Source of the DNA: a virus
IMG/VR virus record: IMGVR_UViG_3300022562_000124
Coordinates: 1 to 64,000 of that record
DNA length: 64,000 nt
Direction: 5' to 3' (one strand)
Part shown: piece after piece, positions 9,382 to 17,706 of the stretch
Position numbering within the stretch: position 1 is the first letter of the stretch
How the letters are laid out: every line of letters begins with the position of its first letter
Translations under genes and position numbers: made by a program
Notes under the pieces: model-generated
What the model was told of the DNA's origin: nothing
What the model saw: only the letters and a program-made list of their open reading frames with translations
The model's database searches: none

Positions 9382-10865
9382 TTTATCCCCACAGTGTATA
9401 TCTTATAGTCAAACTTTTCGTTATCATAAATCTTGACTCTTTCCGCAAAGTGGTCCAGAGTGAAGTTAGATTTACTTCCGTATGACAGGTTATCTACAAT
9501 ATCGTAGAGGATTGCGTGTTCCTTCTCAGCATGTTGTCTAAGCATACGGCCAATAGACTGTAGGACTTTGATCTTTGACTTTGAAGGAGAACCAGCAATC
9601 ATGTGGTGGAGTCTTTTGATTGAGACTCCTGTTGAAGTTGTTCCCATCGACGCAACGAGTATAGCTTCCTCAAGTTCTTCCATCGCCTTTCGTATCTCTT
9701 CTCGTCTATCGCCACTAACGTCACCGTCAATGTAAAATACATTAGGATGGCCAGATAGTGCAGCATATAGTACGTCTCCATGATCTTTAAGGCGGAAGAA
9801 CACAAGCTTATTACCCTTTAGTGAGAGTGCCAGATTCTTGATGAATTCTGTTCTCTTCTGGTAATTCACTAGGAATTCTACTTCTTCTTGGTAAGTCTTT
9901 CTTCTTTTCTTACCACTCTTCTTATCGGTTACTTGCTTATGAAATTCTTTACACACGTGCTCTGGGTATTGAAGCACGATGCATTTGATTTTAATATCAG
10001 CAGCATGGCCTTCGTCAATCAGTTCACGTGTGGTGACAGTCTGATACGGCGCACCAAACAACCCGTAGATTGTGCGCTTGTTTAATTCTGAGTTGTCAAG
10101 GGTGCCTGTGGTGCCGAATCTGTACGGCGTATTGACCATGTTAGACATGATGTTGATGAGGCTCTTGGCCTTCCAACCATGCGCTTCGTCCCCGAACACG
10201 ACTTTGAATTGTTGGTACCACGCTTTTGCCATTTTGGTCTTGCCATTATCGAGTGACTGCCATGTAGTGATGACAATATCAGATTTGATATCATTTGATC
10301 TATCCAATCCATTGATGCTAGTTGAAATACTTCCTGTGAAACCATAGGAACGAATGTCCTCTTCCATCTGTCTGACAAGACCAATGGTAGGAACGATAAT
10401 CAGGGTCTTCTTACGGTACCATGCCGCAATAAGGTAAATCATGAAGGACTTACCAGAGGATGTAGGGGATAGGAGTGTTCTGCGCTTTGAACGTAAACAC
10501 TTGGCTACAGCGTCTATCTGGTAGTCACGAATTTCTAGCCATTCTGGTAAATCAAGGCTCTTGACGAATTCTTTTACCTGATGTAGGGAAACATCATCAT
10601 AAGCAAACTCATGATCAAAAGAAAATGTGTATGAACGACTATCACAGAAGCGTTTAATCTCTTGAGCCAATCCAGCATAAATCGTTCCGCTAAGTCTGTT
10701 GACAAGCGAAATCTTACCATCCCACATTCTGGATTTGTACTTGGGGTGGAATTTATAGTTTTCGGCATAGTGAGTAAAATGCTCCGATAGTTCCATTAAA
10801 GTACCCGGATCGCATCTTACTCTACAATGCACTTCATTTATGTACTCAAGATGAACATCTGTCAT
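9378..10865 (-). CDS. uvsW: UvsW SF2 DNA/RNA helicase
   Basis: RDYQ Q-motif, SPTSSGKS, DEAH, TTGT, QSIGRMLR. Confidence 0.97.
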   Translation of the reverse strand: MTDVHLEYINEVHCRVRCDPGTLMELSEHFTHYAENYKFHPKYKSRMWDGKISLVNRLSGTIYAGLAQEIKRFCDSRSYTFSFDHEFAYDDVSLHQVKEFVKSLDLPEWLEIRDYQIDAVAKCLRSKRRTLLSPTSSGKSFMIYLIAAWYRKKTLIIVPTIGLVRQMEEDIRSYGFTGSISTSINGLDRSNDIKSDIVITTWQSLDNGKTKMAKAWYQQFKVVFGDEAHGWKAKSLINIMSNMVNTPYRFGTTGTLDNSELNKRTIYGLFGAPYQTVTTRELIDEGHAADIKIKCIVLQYPEHVCKEFHKQVTDKKSGKKRRKTYQEEVEFLVNYQKRTEFIKNLALSLKGNKLVFFRLKDHGDVLYAALSGHPNVFYIDGDVSGDRREEIRKAMEELEEAILVASMGTTSTGVSIKRLHHMIAGSPSKSKIKVLQSIGRMLRQHAEKEHAILYDIVDNLSYGSKSNFTLDHFAERVKIYDNEKFDYKIYTVGIK

Positions 10866-11299
10866 TAGAACCCACTTTGGAATTTAGCGAAGTCTATGGC
10901 ATTCTTGATCGCAAATCCACGGTTCATAATGTTTTTGATAATGGACTCTAGTAGTTCGATCTTTTCGTGCTGAATGCCAATCTTCAAGGTTAACTGGATA
11001 ATGTCAGGGTCAGCATCTACGTATGTACCAGCATCGGCTTTCAATACTTTACCGATTGGTGGTAGCTGCCATCCCTTTTCATGTGATTCTTTGGTTGGCC
11101 CCTGAGTATAGAATTCATACTTTTCGAGCCTGAGAGTCTTAAGTTCTGTTTCGAGCTTGCGAAGAACAAGACGCTCATTAGTGTAAATTTTATGGTACTT
11201 GTGGTGTAACGAAGCAGCAGCCAATGATTCCGTATCAAGTTGAGCACGGTCAATCTTGGAGTCCTGTCCCCACATGTCAAAAATATCTTCAAGTTTCAT
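10865..11299 (-). CDS. uvsY: recombination mediator UvsY
   Basis: DSKID...LHHKY and C-terminal RGFAIKNAIDF motif; directly upstream of uvsW. Confidence 0.92.
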   Translation of the reverse strand: MKLEDIFDMWGQDSKIDRAQLDTESLAAASLHHKYHKIYTNERLVLRKLETELKTLRLEKYEFYTQGPTKESHEKGWQLPPIGKVLKADAGTYVDADPDIIQLTLKIGIQHEKIELLESIIKNIMNRGFAIKNAIDFAKFQSGF

Positions 11300-11328
11300 G
11301 ATAAAATCCCTTATAACAAATAAGCCTT

Positions 11329-11357
11329 ATTATATACTAATTAAGACTTTCAATCAA
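11329..11357 (-). promoter_or_regulatory. sigma70-type promoter for the uvsY-uvsW-55-47-46 operon
   Basis: Minus strand TTGATT-N17-TATAAT about 30 nt upstream of uvsY. Confidence 0.7.
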
Positions 11358-11827
11358 GCATTAAATGGTTCAATATACCATCTTAGGAATCTAAATCTCG
11401 CTGTTGCTGTAGCATATTGGACTTCTTGTAGTGTAGAGTCCATGTCGATTCCTGATATTCCTACAGGGAATGCGTCTGTAAATCTTACATTGATATTTGC
11501 TTTTGATGAGCTATTCAGAATGATTACTGAACAGTCTGACAAAATATTCTGGTATTGTCCTAGTCTGTCTGGATAGCCAAGCTTTACCATCCAATCATAA
11601 ATTTCAAGATAATCCTTCATGTTTTCACCTACCATGAAGGTGACAGCAAACTCATCGTATTTGATATTTCCTGAGATAGGCATCTTGACAAACGGAGTTG
11701 GCAAGTCTACTGTTCCTAGCGTCATGCCGGGTAGGGATACCTTTTGAACACGAAATTCAAGCTCTGGCGTTTTGTCCAGTTTGAATTTGAAATTCAGCAA
11801 AGATAGGTTATTTTGGTTGAATGACAT
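11354..11827 (-). CDS. gp3: tail tube terminator / completion protein (T4 gp3-like)
   Basis: NFKFKL..TPELEF.VQKVSLPG, FMVGENMKDYLEIYDW, FTDAFPV motifs; late promoter upstream. Confidence 0.88.
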   Translation of the reverse strand: MSFNQNNLSLLNFKFKLDKTPELEFRVQKVSLPGMTLGTVDLPTPFVKMPISGNIKYDEFAVTFMVGENMKDYLEIYDWMVKLGYPDRLGQYQNILSDCSVIILNSSSKANINVRFTDAFPVGISGIDMDSTLQEVQYATATARFRFLRWYIEPFNA

Positions 11828-11834
11828 TTTGTGC

Positions 11835-11863
11835 TTGACTCACTTTGTTCGTATGGGTATAAT
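11835..11863 (+). promoter_or_regulatory. sigma70-type early promoter for the plus-strand cassette
   Basis: TTGACT-N17-TATAAT, near consensus. Confidence 0.8.
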
Positions 11864-11884
11864 CCATGTGTGGTGATAATATAG

Positions 11885-11892
11885 TATTTATA
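11885..11892 (-). promoter_or_regulatory. T4-type late promoter (gp3)
   Basis: Exact TATAAATA on the minus strand upstream of gp3. Confidence 0.8.
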
Positions 11893-11905
11893 TAAGGACC
11901 AAATT

Positions 11906-12079
11906 ATGATTACAGATGGAGAATGGGTATGCAAACGATGCTTAGATTATCGTTCAGTGTGCCAACTATGTGAAGGTATGGGTCCAGAACTCATTCCAAC
12001 CCCTCAATGGATAAAAGATGAGGAACAGAGGTTGACAGACTCTATGAAACCGATTAAGATGTTCCCACTATACCACTAA
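11906..12079 (+). CDS. 57-aa CxxC-x6-CxxC zinc-finger-like protein
   Basis: Read by hand (below the ORF-track cutoff). AAGGA RBS, then MITDGEWVCKRCLDYRSVCQLCEGMGPELIPTPQWIKDEEQRLTDSMKPIKMFPLYH; directly follows the sigma70 promoter. Confidence 0.65.
   Translation: MITDGEWVCKRCLDYRSVCQLCEGMGPELIPTPQWIKDEEQRLTDSMKPIKMFPLYH
12032..12060 (+). promoter_or_regulatory. second sigma70-type promoter of the cassette
   Basis: TTGACA-N17-TAAGAT, about 30 nt upstream of the GGAG-led ORF at 12093. Confidence 0.6.
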
Positions 12080-12092
12080 CGGAGTATTTATT

Positions 12093-12428
12093 ATGAGTAA
12101 TTTTGACGATATTGACGAACTTTTCCAACAGGCTCTTGACGAAGCTGGTGTTTCTGATGCAGATATCATGCAGCTTGCTATGATGCTGGATGAAACTCTT
12201 GCCAAGAGCCTTCCCGCATCTATGGGATTTCCTGATTGGACTTACAAGGATTTACCACGAATGATCCCTTCTGTCAAGGACGAATTTATCGCTCTTGTCG
12301 GTGAAGAGAATATTAAGTGGATTACTTTTGCTAATTACGATGATGGTTCTGTTCGTGGACAGGTTCTACTGTCTCCGACTGCCATGGCTATTGTCGAAAA
12401 GACCGCAACTTCACCGAGTATGAACTAA
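12093..12428 (+). CDS. hypothetical protein (early cassette)
   Basis: GGAG RBS, 111 aa, coupled to the next ORF (TAATG). Confidence 0.75.
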   Translation: MSNFDDIDELFQQALDEAGVSDADIMQLAMMLDETLAKSLPASMGFPDWTYKDLPRMIPSVKDEFIALVGEENIKWITFANYDDGSVRGQVLLSPTAMAIVEKTATSPSMN

Positions 12429-12772
12429 TGGATATTGAATATCGCTACGAAGGCTTTGACGAGCTAGATGAAGCTGGATTCAAGGTAAATTATATGTCCT
12501 TGGATAAAAAGAATGGTGTCATTCGTCCAGCTTTTCCATATGAACAGCTTGTTGAGGATGGTTTTCTTGGTAGGGGAAAGCGTGTGCGTTATCTTAATCG
12601 TAATGGTTATGACGCACATCGTGAATATGCTGCCAAGATGGGTATTACAGAAGGTATGATCCTTACTGTTGATACTTGCACTGTGGAAAGTTGGTCTTCT
12701 GATTACACTTTTTACGAAGTAGGCGGAAGCCACAACACTGTCATGTTTGAGGAAGTTGAAGATGGAGAATAA
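12428..12772 (+). CDS. hypothetical protein (early cassette)
   Basis: 114-aa ORF, translationally coupled to the previous one. Confidence 0.75.
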   Translation: MDIEYRYEGFDELDEAGFKVNYMSLDKKNGVIRPAFPYEQLVEDGFLGRGKRVRYLNRNGYDAHREYAAKMGITEGMILTVDTCTVESWSSDYTFYEVGGSHNTVMFEEVEDGE

Positions 12773-13115
12773 AATTCGTTTTTCAAAATACGTCTATGAT
12801 GAAATCATGGCGGGTAACTTCCATCACTATGATGCCACAACCCTATCACGTTTCTATGATGGACATGTTGGAACAAAGGTGTTCAACCTGTACTGTGGTT
12901 ACAGGTGGTTTGGTCTAAAGAAGTTTACTACACTTTCAAGAATTGATATGGATACTGATAATTGGCGTACCTACACTAGGATCAATCTTCGTCCTGATGA
13001 AGAAGATATGCTTTGGTCTGTGTGGCCTACGGTAGAAAAGATTATCAATGAACGTAGATCAGAAGAAACAAAAAAGCACCTAGAGTATACAGAAAGAATG
13101 GCTTGGTGGCCATAA
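12762..13115 (+). CDS. hypothetical protein (early cassette)
   Basis: Start moved to the ATG at 12762 (GAGG upstream); ends at the hairpin shared with gp23. Confidence 0.7.
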   Translation: MENKIRFSKYVYDEIMAGNFHHYDATTLSRFYDGHVGTKVFNLYCGYRWFGLKKFTTLSRIDMDTDNWRTYTRINLRPDEEDMLWSVWPTVEKIINERRSEETKKHLEYTERMAWWP

Positions 13116-13146
13116 AAAAGGTGGGGAACCTTTCGATTCCCCACCC
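13114..13146 (-). terminator. rho-independent terminator of gp23 (hairpin faces both convergent units)
   Basis: Minus strand GGTGGGGAATC-GAAA-GGTTCCCCACC followed by TTTTTT. Confidence 0.88.
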
Positions 13147-13174
13147 AAGTCTGTAACAACTTTTATCGTTATGA

Positions 13175-14554
13175 TTACATCAAGTTGTTGACGATCACAC
13201 GACGATAGTATACGTTGCTGTCTTCTGCAAGACGACCTTCACCAACGTCACCGCCTTCAGCAAATGGGTTTGCTACCATGCCGTAACGAGTCTTGAAGCC
13301 AATCTTTGGCTGGAAGGTGTTAGGATCGACAGCACGTACCATCTGTAGTGGAACGTATGGGCAGTAGAAGAGACCAGCGTCAAATGCGCTTGAACCCTTG
13401 TAACCAACTACTAGGTAGTTAGCACCTGCATATGGGTCAATGTATACACGTAGGCGACCATTTAGAACACCTGCGAAGGTGTTGCCAGTATCGTCAACCT
13501 GTAGGTTGTTGCTGTTAAGAGCAGGAGCGTAGTCAAGGACACCAGCCATCTGTAGAGCAGACGCAACGTCTGAAGAACAGATAACGATGTTACCCTTACC
13601 GCGTCTGGTTCCCTTAGCGATTGCGTTAGCTTCACGCTCTAGCTGGAACATAAGACCCTTGAACTTTTCAACTGACCAACGACCATTTGAGTCGGTGTCT
13701 AGGTCGAAAATACCTGCATTGGTTGTGCCGGTTTCAGCACCACGCTTAGCAGTGATAACAACTGTACGGACAACTTCACGGTTGATATCAGCTAGAATTT
13801 CTGAAGACAGAATGTTTGAAAGTTCTGTCTCTGCATCAAGACCATGAATTGCCTTTAGGTCCTGTGCAAGTTCTAGTGAGTATTCAGCCTTTAGTGCACG
13901 GCTCTTAGCAGTGACACTAACCTTCTCAATGGAGAAAGCCATTTCTGGGAAGATTGAAGTTGTGGTTGAACCTAGACCTTCAGCAAGTGAAGTCTTGATA
14001 CCACCAGCAAAGTTGTATAGGTCATTTGTTGCGTTTGTGTTAGCAGCAGGATATGTGCCAATGTTATTAGCAGCGCCACCAACAGTGTTTGAAGCTGCGT
14101 AGCCAGCGTCAGTTGCAGATGCGTTTGCACCACCACGAGCAGAACGGCCAGTCTGAACTTCATTGTAGAAGGTTTCTGGACCAGTCTGGTTCTCGTAACG
14201 TGCTCTCATTGCGAAGATAAGTCCGGTTGGACCGGTCATTGGCTGAACGCCGCAGATATCGTAAGCAACGAGGTTTGGCATAGCACGACGAACTAGTGAA
14301 ATCAATACAGGGTCAAATGTATCGATAGCACCGGTTGAAGCGGTTGATGAAGATGCGCCCATTGAGTTGGTTGGAGCAGCTTCACCTAGGAAACCACCAC
14401 CCATTGAAGCACGTGCTTCACGGATAGCATTCTCAGTATTCTCAAGAATCTGAGCGGTAACAGCGCGCTTGTGGCTGTCCTTAATTTCTGGAAGGTCCTC
14501 ATGCTCAAGGATTGGCTTCCACTTGGTTTGAACTGTTTCGTCTAGATATGACAT
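13175..14554 (-). CDS. gp23: major capsid protein (T4 gp23-like)
   Basis: LISLVRRAMPNL, CGVQPMTGPTGLIFAMR, KSRALKAEYSLELAQDLKAIHGLDAE, FQPKIGFKTRYG. Confidence 0.99.
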   Translation of the reverse strand: MSYLDETVQTKWKPILEHEDLPEIKDSHKRAVTAQILENTENAIREARASMGGGFLGEAAPTNSMGASSSTASTGAIDTFDPVLISLVRRAMPNLVAYDICGVQPMTGPTGLIFAMRARYENQTGPETFYNEVQTGRSARGGANASATDAGYAASNTVGGAANNIGTYPAANTNATNDLYNFAGGIKTSLAEGLGSTTTSIFPEMAFSIEKVSVTAKSRALKAEYSLELAQDLKAIHGLDAETELSNILSSEILADINREVVRTVVITAKRGAETGTTNAGIFDLDTDSNGRWSVEKFKGLMFQLEREANAIAKGTRRGKGNIVICSSDVASALQMAGVLDYAPALNSNNLQVDDTGNTFAGVLNGRLRVYIDPYAGANYLVVGYKGSSAFDAGLFYCPYVPLQMVRAVDPNTFQPKIGFKTRYGMVANPFAEGGDVGEGRLAEDSNVYYRRVIVNNLM

Positions 14555-14596
14555 TTTGTTTTCTTCTCCCTTGATAAAAAGCTTTTCAAGCTATTT

Positions 14597-14604
14597 TATT
14601 TATA
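14597..14604 (-). promoter_or_regulatory. T4-type late promoter (gp23)
   Basis: Exact TATAAATA in the gp22-gp23 intergenic region. Confidence 0.85.
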
Positions 14605-14610
14605 AAAATC

Positions 14611-15657
14611 TTATTTTACAGACTTCTTAATTGCCTGTAGGTAAAGGTCCATACCCGGAGCAGTGTAACCAGTGGTTCCTGCTTCAGTTGTGTCTTCGCC
14701 ATCAATCTCTTCGCTGATCAAGCCAGTTGAAGCTGTCTTGGTCTTCTTGAAGATATTTTCCTTGACAATCTCTAGCTTCTTGCGGTATGAGTCACCATCG
14801 GTATACTCAAGACCTTCTGCAAGTGTGCGGAGCTTTTCTGCCTGTGTTAGAGCAAGACCTTCGCAAACTTCGTCAATAGCTGCTTGCTTGGTTGCTTCGT
14901 TAATGACGGTTTCTAGTTCGATCTTTTCGTCTAGAGTTTCATTAAGCTTAGACTTAACTTCTTCTAGCTCTGCCTTCATTTCGGCAACAAGATCGATCTT
15001 CTCGTCAGGAACGCGAATATAATGCTCTGCAAATAGATCATGTAGACCCTGAATAAATCCTTCAGCAATGTCTGCACGAAGTGAATTTTCGATTGCAAGC
15101 TTATTCTCTTCCATCCACTGTTCTGCACAGTAGTCAAGATACTGGTCAAGCTTTGTGGTTAGGTCTTCGAAAATAGCAGCAGTTTCTTCTTCAAGACGCT
15201 GATTGAATGACTCTTCTAGTTCTTCAACCTTAGCATCAAATGCTTCCTGAAGACGAGCCTCTTCAATGGTAATACGAGTATTTACAGCAGCTTCGAAAAT
15301 GACACCAGCCTTTTCCTTCATATCTTCTGAAAGTTCTTCACCGAACATTTCATCGATATCTTCCTTGACAGCACCACCAGTTGCAGCACTTGGCTTTGTC
15401 TGGATTGTAGCAAGATTCTGTTGTGAATTGTCTACAGCGCCGGGTGCCTGATTTGGACCAAACTGTGCCTGTACCTGATTAAAGATATTGGACAAGTCTT
15501 CCTTACCAAGCTGTGCTAGAAGCTGTGTAAAAGTGGCAAGCATCAAAGCTTTTGATTCAGTACCACCAGAACCAGCACCGGGATTTAGAGTGTCAACAGC
15601 AGCGGTTTCTTGTAGATCACCGTTGTCAACAATCTCAGGTGTTTCCTTCTCGTTCAT
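14611..15657 (-). CDS. gp22: prohead core scaffold protein (T4 gp22-like)
   Basis: Acidic coiled coil, IFEAAV, YLDYCAEQWMEENKLAIE, LFAEHYI; lies between gp21 and gp23. Confidence 0.93.
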   Translation of the reverse strand: MNEKETPEIVDNGDLQETAAVDTLNPGAGSGGTESKALMLATFTQLLAQLGKEDLSNIFNQVQAQFGPNQAPGAVDNSQQNLATIQTKPSAATGGAVKEDIDEMFGEELSEDMKEKAGVIFEAAVNTRITIEEARLQEAFDAKVEELEESFNQRLEEETAAIFEDLTTKLDQYLDYCAEQWMEENKLAIENSLRADIAEGFIQGLHDLFAEHYIRVPDEKIDLVAEMKAELEEVKSKLNETLDEKIELETVINEATKQAAIDEVCEGLALTQAEKLRTLAEGLEYTDGDSYRKKLEIVKENIFKKTKTASTGLISEEIDGEDTTEAGTTGYTAPGMDLYLQAIKKSVK

Positions 15658-15685
15658 TTTTTACTCCTTTTAAGGTAATTTTATG

Positions 15686-15693
15686 TATTTATT
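15686..15693 (-). promoter_or_regulatory. variant late promoter (gp22)
   Basis: AATAAATA (one mismatch from TATAAATA) upstream of gp22. Confidence 0.5.
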
Positions 15694-16363
15694 AAAACGT
15701 AATCTTTGAAAGTCGATTGACGTATCTTTCGAAAAGCTTAAGCTTATTCTCTTGTATTTCACGAGAAGAAAGGCTTCTAATATGCTTCTTTGCTTCTTCG
15801 GCAAGTTCAACAGCTTTCCAACCCATTTTCTCATCATAGAACCATTCTACTGATTCCATAATACCATTAACCCAAGCACTAGGTGCAGAAGGATCAGCCA
15901 CAATATCAGCAGCAGTTGCTAGACGGAAGTCGTTCTGGACTTCGTTAACACCTTCTTTGTTAAGCTTAAGTGAACCCATACCACGTGATGAAACACCAAG
16001 TGAACCACCGGATTCAATAAGACCCTTAGCAGTGTTACCCATTGGTGTGTTTGTGATTAATGCCTTACCGATATAATCTGTGCCTTCCTTGCGGAGAGAA
16101 ACAGTGCGGTGTGAGACTAGATTAAGATTAATCTGTGGACCATTTGGATGCCCAAGTTCACCCCACGCACAATTTCTGTCAACGGCTTCCTTGACATATC
16201 GTGCAACTTCGCTATCCATGACTTCTTCTGGATACATACGACCATTGCGGTTTTTAATTGCTGACTGTAGGAAAACGCCTTCGATGTACATGTTCTTTGA
16301 GCCATCTTCCTTGGCTTCGGTCACATATCTAACGTCTTCAATTGTTTCCGTAATAAGTTTCAT
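15692..16363 (-). CDS. gp21: prohead protease (T4 gp21-like)
   Basis: YIEGVFLQ..KNRNGRMY, GELGHP, GVSSRGMGSL, DIVADPSAP. Confidence 0.97.
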   Translation of the reverse strand: MKLITETIEDVRYVTEAKEDGSKNMYIEGVFLQSAIKNRNGRMYPEEVMDSEVARYVKEAVDRNCAWGELGHPNGPQINLNLVSHRTVSLRKEGTDYIGKALITNTPMGNTAKGLIESGGSLGVSSRGMGSLKLNKEGVNEVQNDFRLATAADIVADPSAPSAWVNGIMESVEWFYDEKMGWKAVELAEEAKKHIRSLSSREIQENKLKLFERYVNRLSKITF

Positions 16364-16372
16364 TTTTACCTC

Positions 16373-16756
16373 TTAGACTTGGAAATAAGTTGAGTTAGCG
16401 TTAAGATTTGTGCCAACCTTCTGTAGCTCAAGCATGACATAAGCGTTAGCGGTTCCTACAAAATTGACTACGATATCAGATTCCTGATTTAATGTAAGTG
16501 CCATACCAGCACCGGCATAATCGAAAGAACCTGAGGAATCATATACGCCAACAAGTTCACCACCACGAGTAAGTGTGATGTGACCAGCGTTACCAGTGCC
16601 TTGAAAAATCTGTGCGATATATGCGCCTGTCAGTACTTCATTTCCATAAGCAATATCGCTTACAGAGCTATTACCGGCAACCACGATGGTATTACTACCA
16701 TTAAGGTGTACCACAGCAGATGTACCCGGCTTATTTGAAAGTACCTTCTTAGCCAT
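16373..16756 (-). CDS. hypothetical virion protein
   Basis: 127-aa beta-rich ORF inside the head operon. Confidence 0.7.
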   Translation of the reverse strand: MAKKVLSNKPGTSAVVHLNGSNTIVVAGNSSVSDIAYGNEVLTGAYIAQIFQGTGNAGHITLTRGGELVGVYDSSGSFDYAGAGMALTLNQESDIVVNFVGTANAYVMLELQKVGTNLNANSTYFQV

Positions 16757-17394
16757 TATTCGCCTCTCATTTCAATCGCAAAGTTAAGGAGTTCGATTAC
16801 GCCTTCACGAGTTTCCGCTTTGTCAAGCATTCTATACTGATTGTCTTCAGAAAGATTGCTGAATACGTCAAGCATAGTGTGGATATGGCTTTCTGAAAAC
16901 CCTTCCATCTTTGCTACAAGACGCTCTTCCAATGTTGGTGGAGTGTAATCAGCAATGTCTGGCATAAACTTCTCAAGGGTACGATTAACGATATCTTCCT
17001 TGGTTAGCTTCTTTTTCTTCTTAGCCATCTTGGTAGCTGTAGCATACATTACTTCATCAGCACGATCACCGTACTGATCTTTCCAGTTACCGCCCTTCAT
17101 CTTTTTGACAAGACTTTCGCGCTTCTTCTTTTGAGCAGCAGTAAGCTTCTTTTCTTCAAGCTCTTCTACTTCCTCATAAACTTTTTCGTCCTGACCCGGA
17201 TCATAGCCATGGCGAGTCTTACTACGGCTACCCATTTTAATATTGGTTGCCTGAAATACGTCATCACCATTTGCCTTACCGTTTACTTCGTTACGGTCAG
17301 CCTTCTTTTCGATTGTGTGCTTGTCAACAAACTTTTGCTCGTCTGGTGACTTTGGTCTATATACCTCGTTAAAGATATCCTTAAGCGTTTTCAT
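16756..17394 (-). CDS. prohead core / internal head protein (gp68-like position)
   Basis: N-terminus MKTLKDIFNE resembles the T4 capsid-targeting leader; highly charged, YATATKMAK motif; position between portal and protease. Confidence 0.6.
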   Translation of the reverse strand: MKTLKDIFNEVYRPKSPDEQKFVDKHTIEKKADRNEVNGKANGDDVFQATNIKMGSRSKTRHGYDPGQDEKVYEEVEELEEKKLTAAQKKKRESLVKKMKGGNWKDQYGDRADEVMYATATKMAKKKKKLTKEDIVNRTLEKFMPDIADYTPPTLEERLVAKMEGFSESHIHTMLDVFSNLSEDNQYRMLDKAETREGVIELLNFAIEMRGE

Positions 17395-17668
17395 CAGTGA
17401 TGCCCTCGTTGTCTAAATCTTCCAAGTCTTCCAAGTCAAGGTCGATATCGTCTAGGTCAAGATCATCAATGTCAATGTCTTCTAGATCATCTTCGACTTC
17501 ATCACCGATATCATCGTCTTCGCTGCCATAGATTGACTGTGCGTATTCAACACGCTTTGCGTCAAGTGCAGCCATAGCCTTTTCACGCATCAACTTATCG
17601 AATACATCTGTAAAATCTACAGGATTCTTGTCGATTGCTAGTCCAAGTAACTCATTTGTCTCTGGCAT
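17381..17668 (-). CDS. prohead core protein (gp67-like)
   Basis: Small protein with a very acidic C-terminus directly after the portal, as for T4 gp67. Confidence 0.65.
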   Translation of the reverse strand: MPETNELLGLAIDKNPVDFTDVFDKLMREKAMAALDAKRVEYAQSIYGSEDDDIGDEVEDDLEDIDIDDLDLDDIDLDLEDLEDLDNEGITDENA

Positions 17669-17695
17669 AAAATTGTCCTTTAATCCAAGTAATAA

Positions 17696-17703
17696 TATTT
17701 ATA
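17696..17703 (-). promoter_or_regulatory. T4-type late promoter (gp67-like)
   Basis: Exact TATAAATA. Confidence 0.82.
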
Positions 17704-17706
17704 AAT

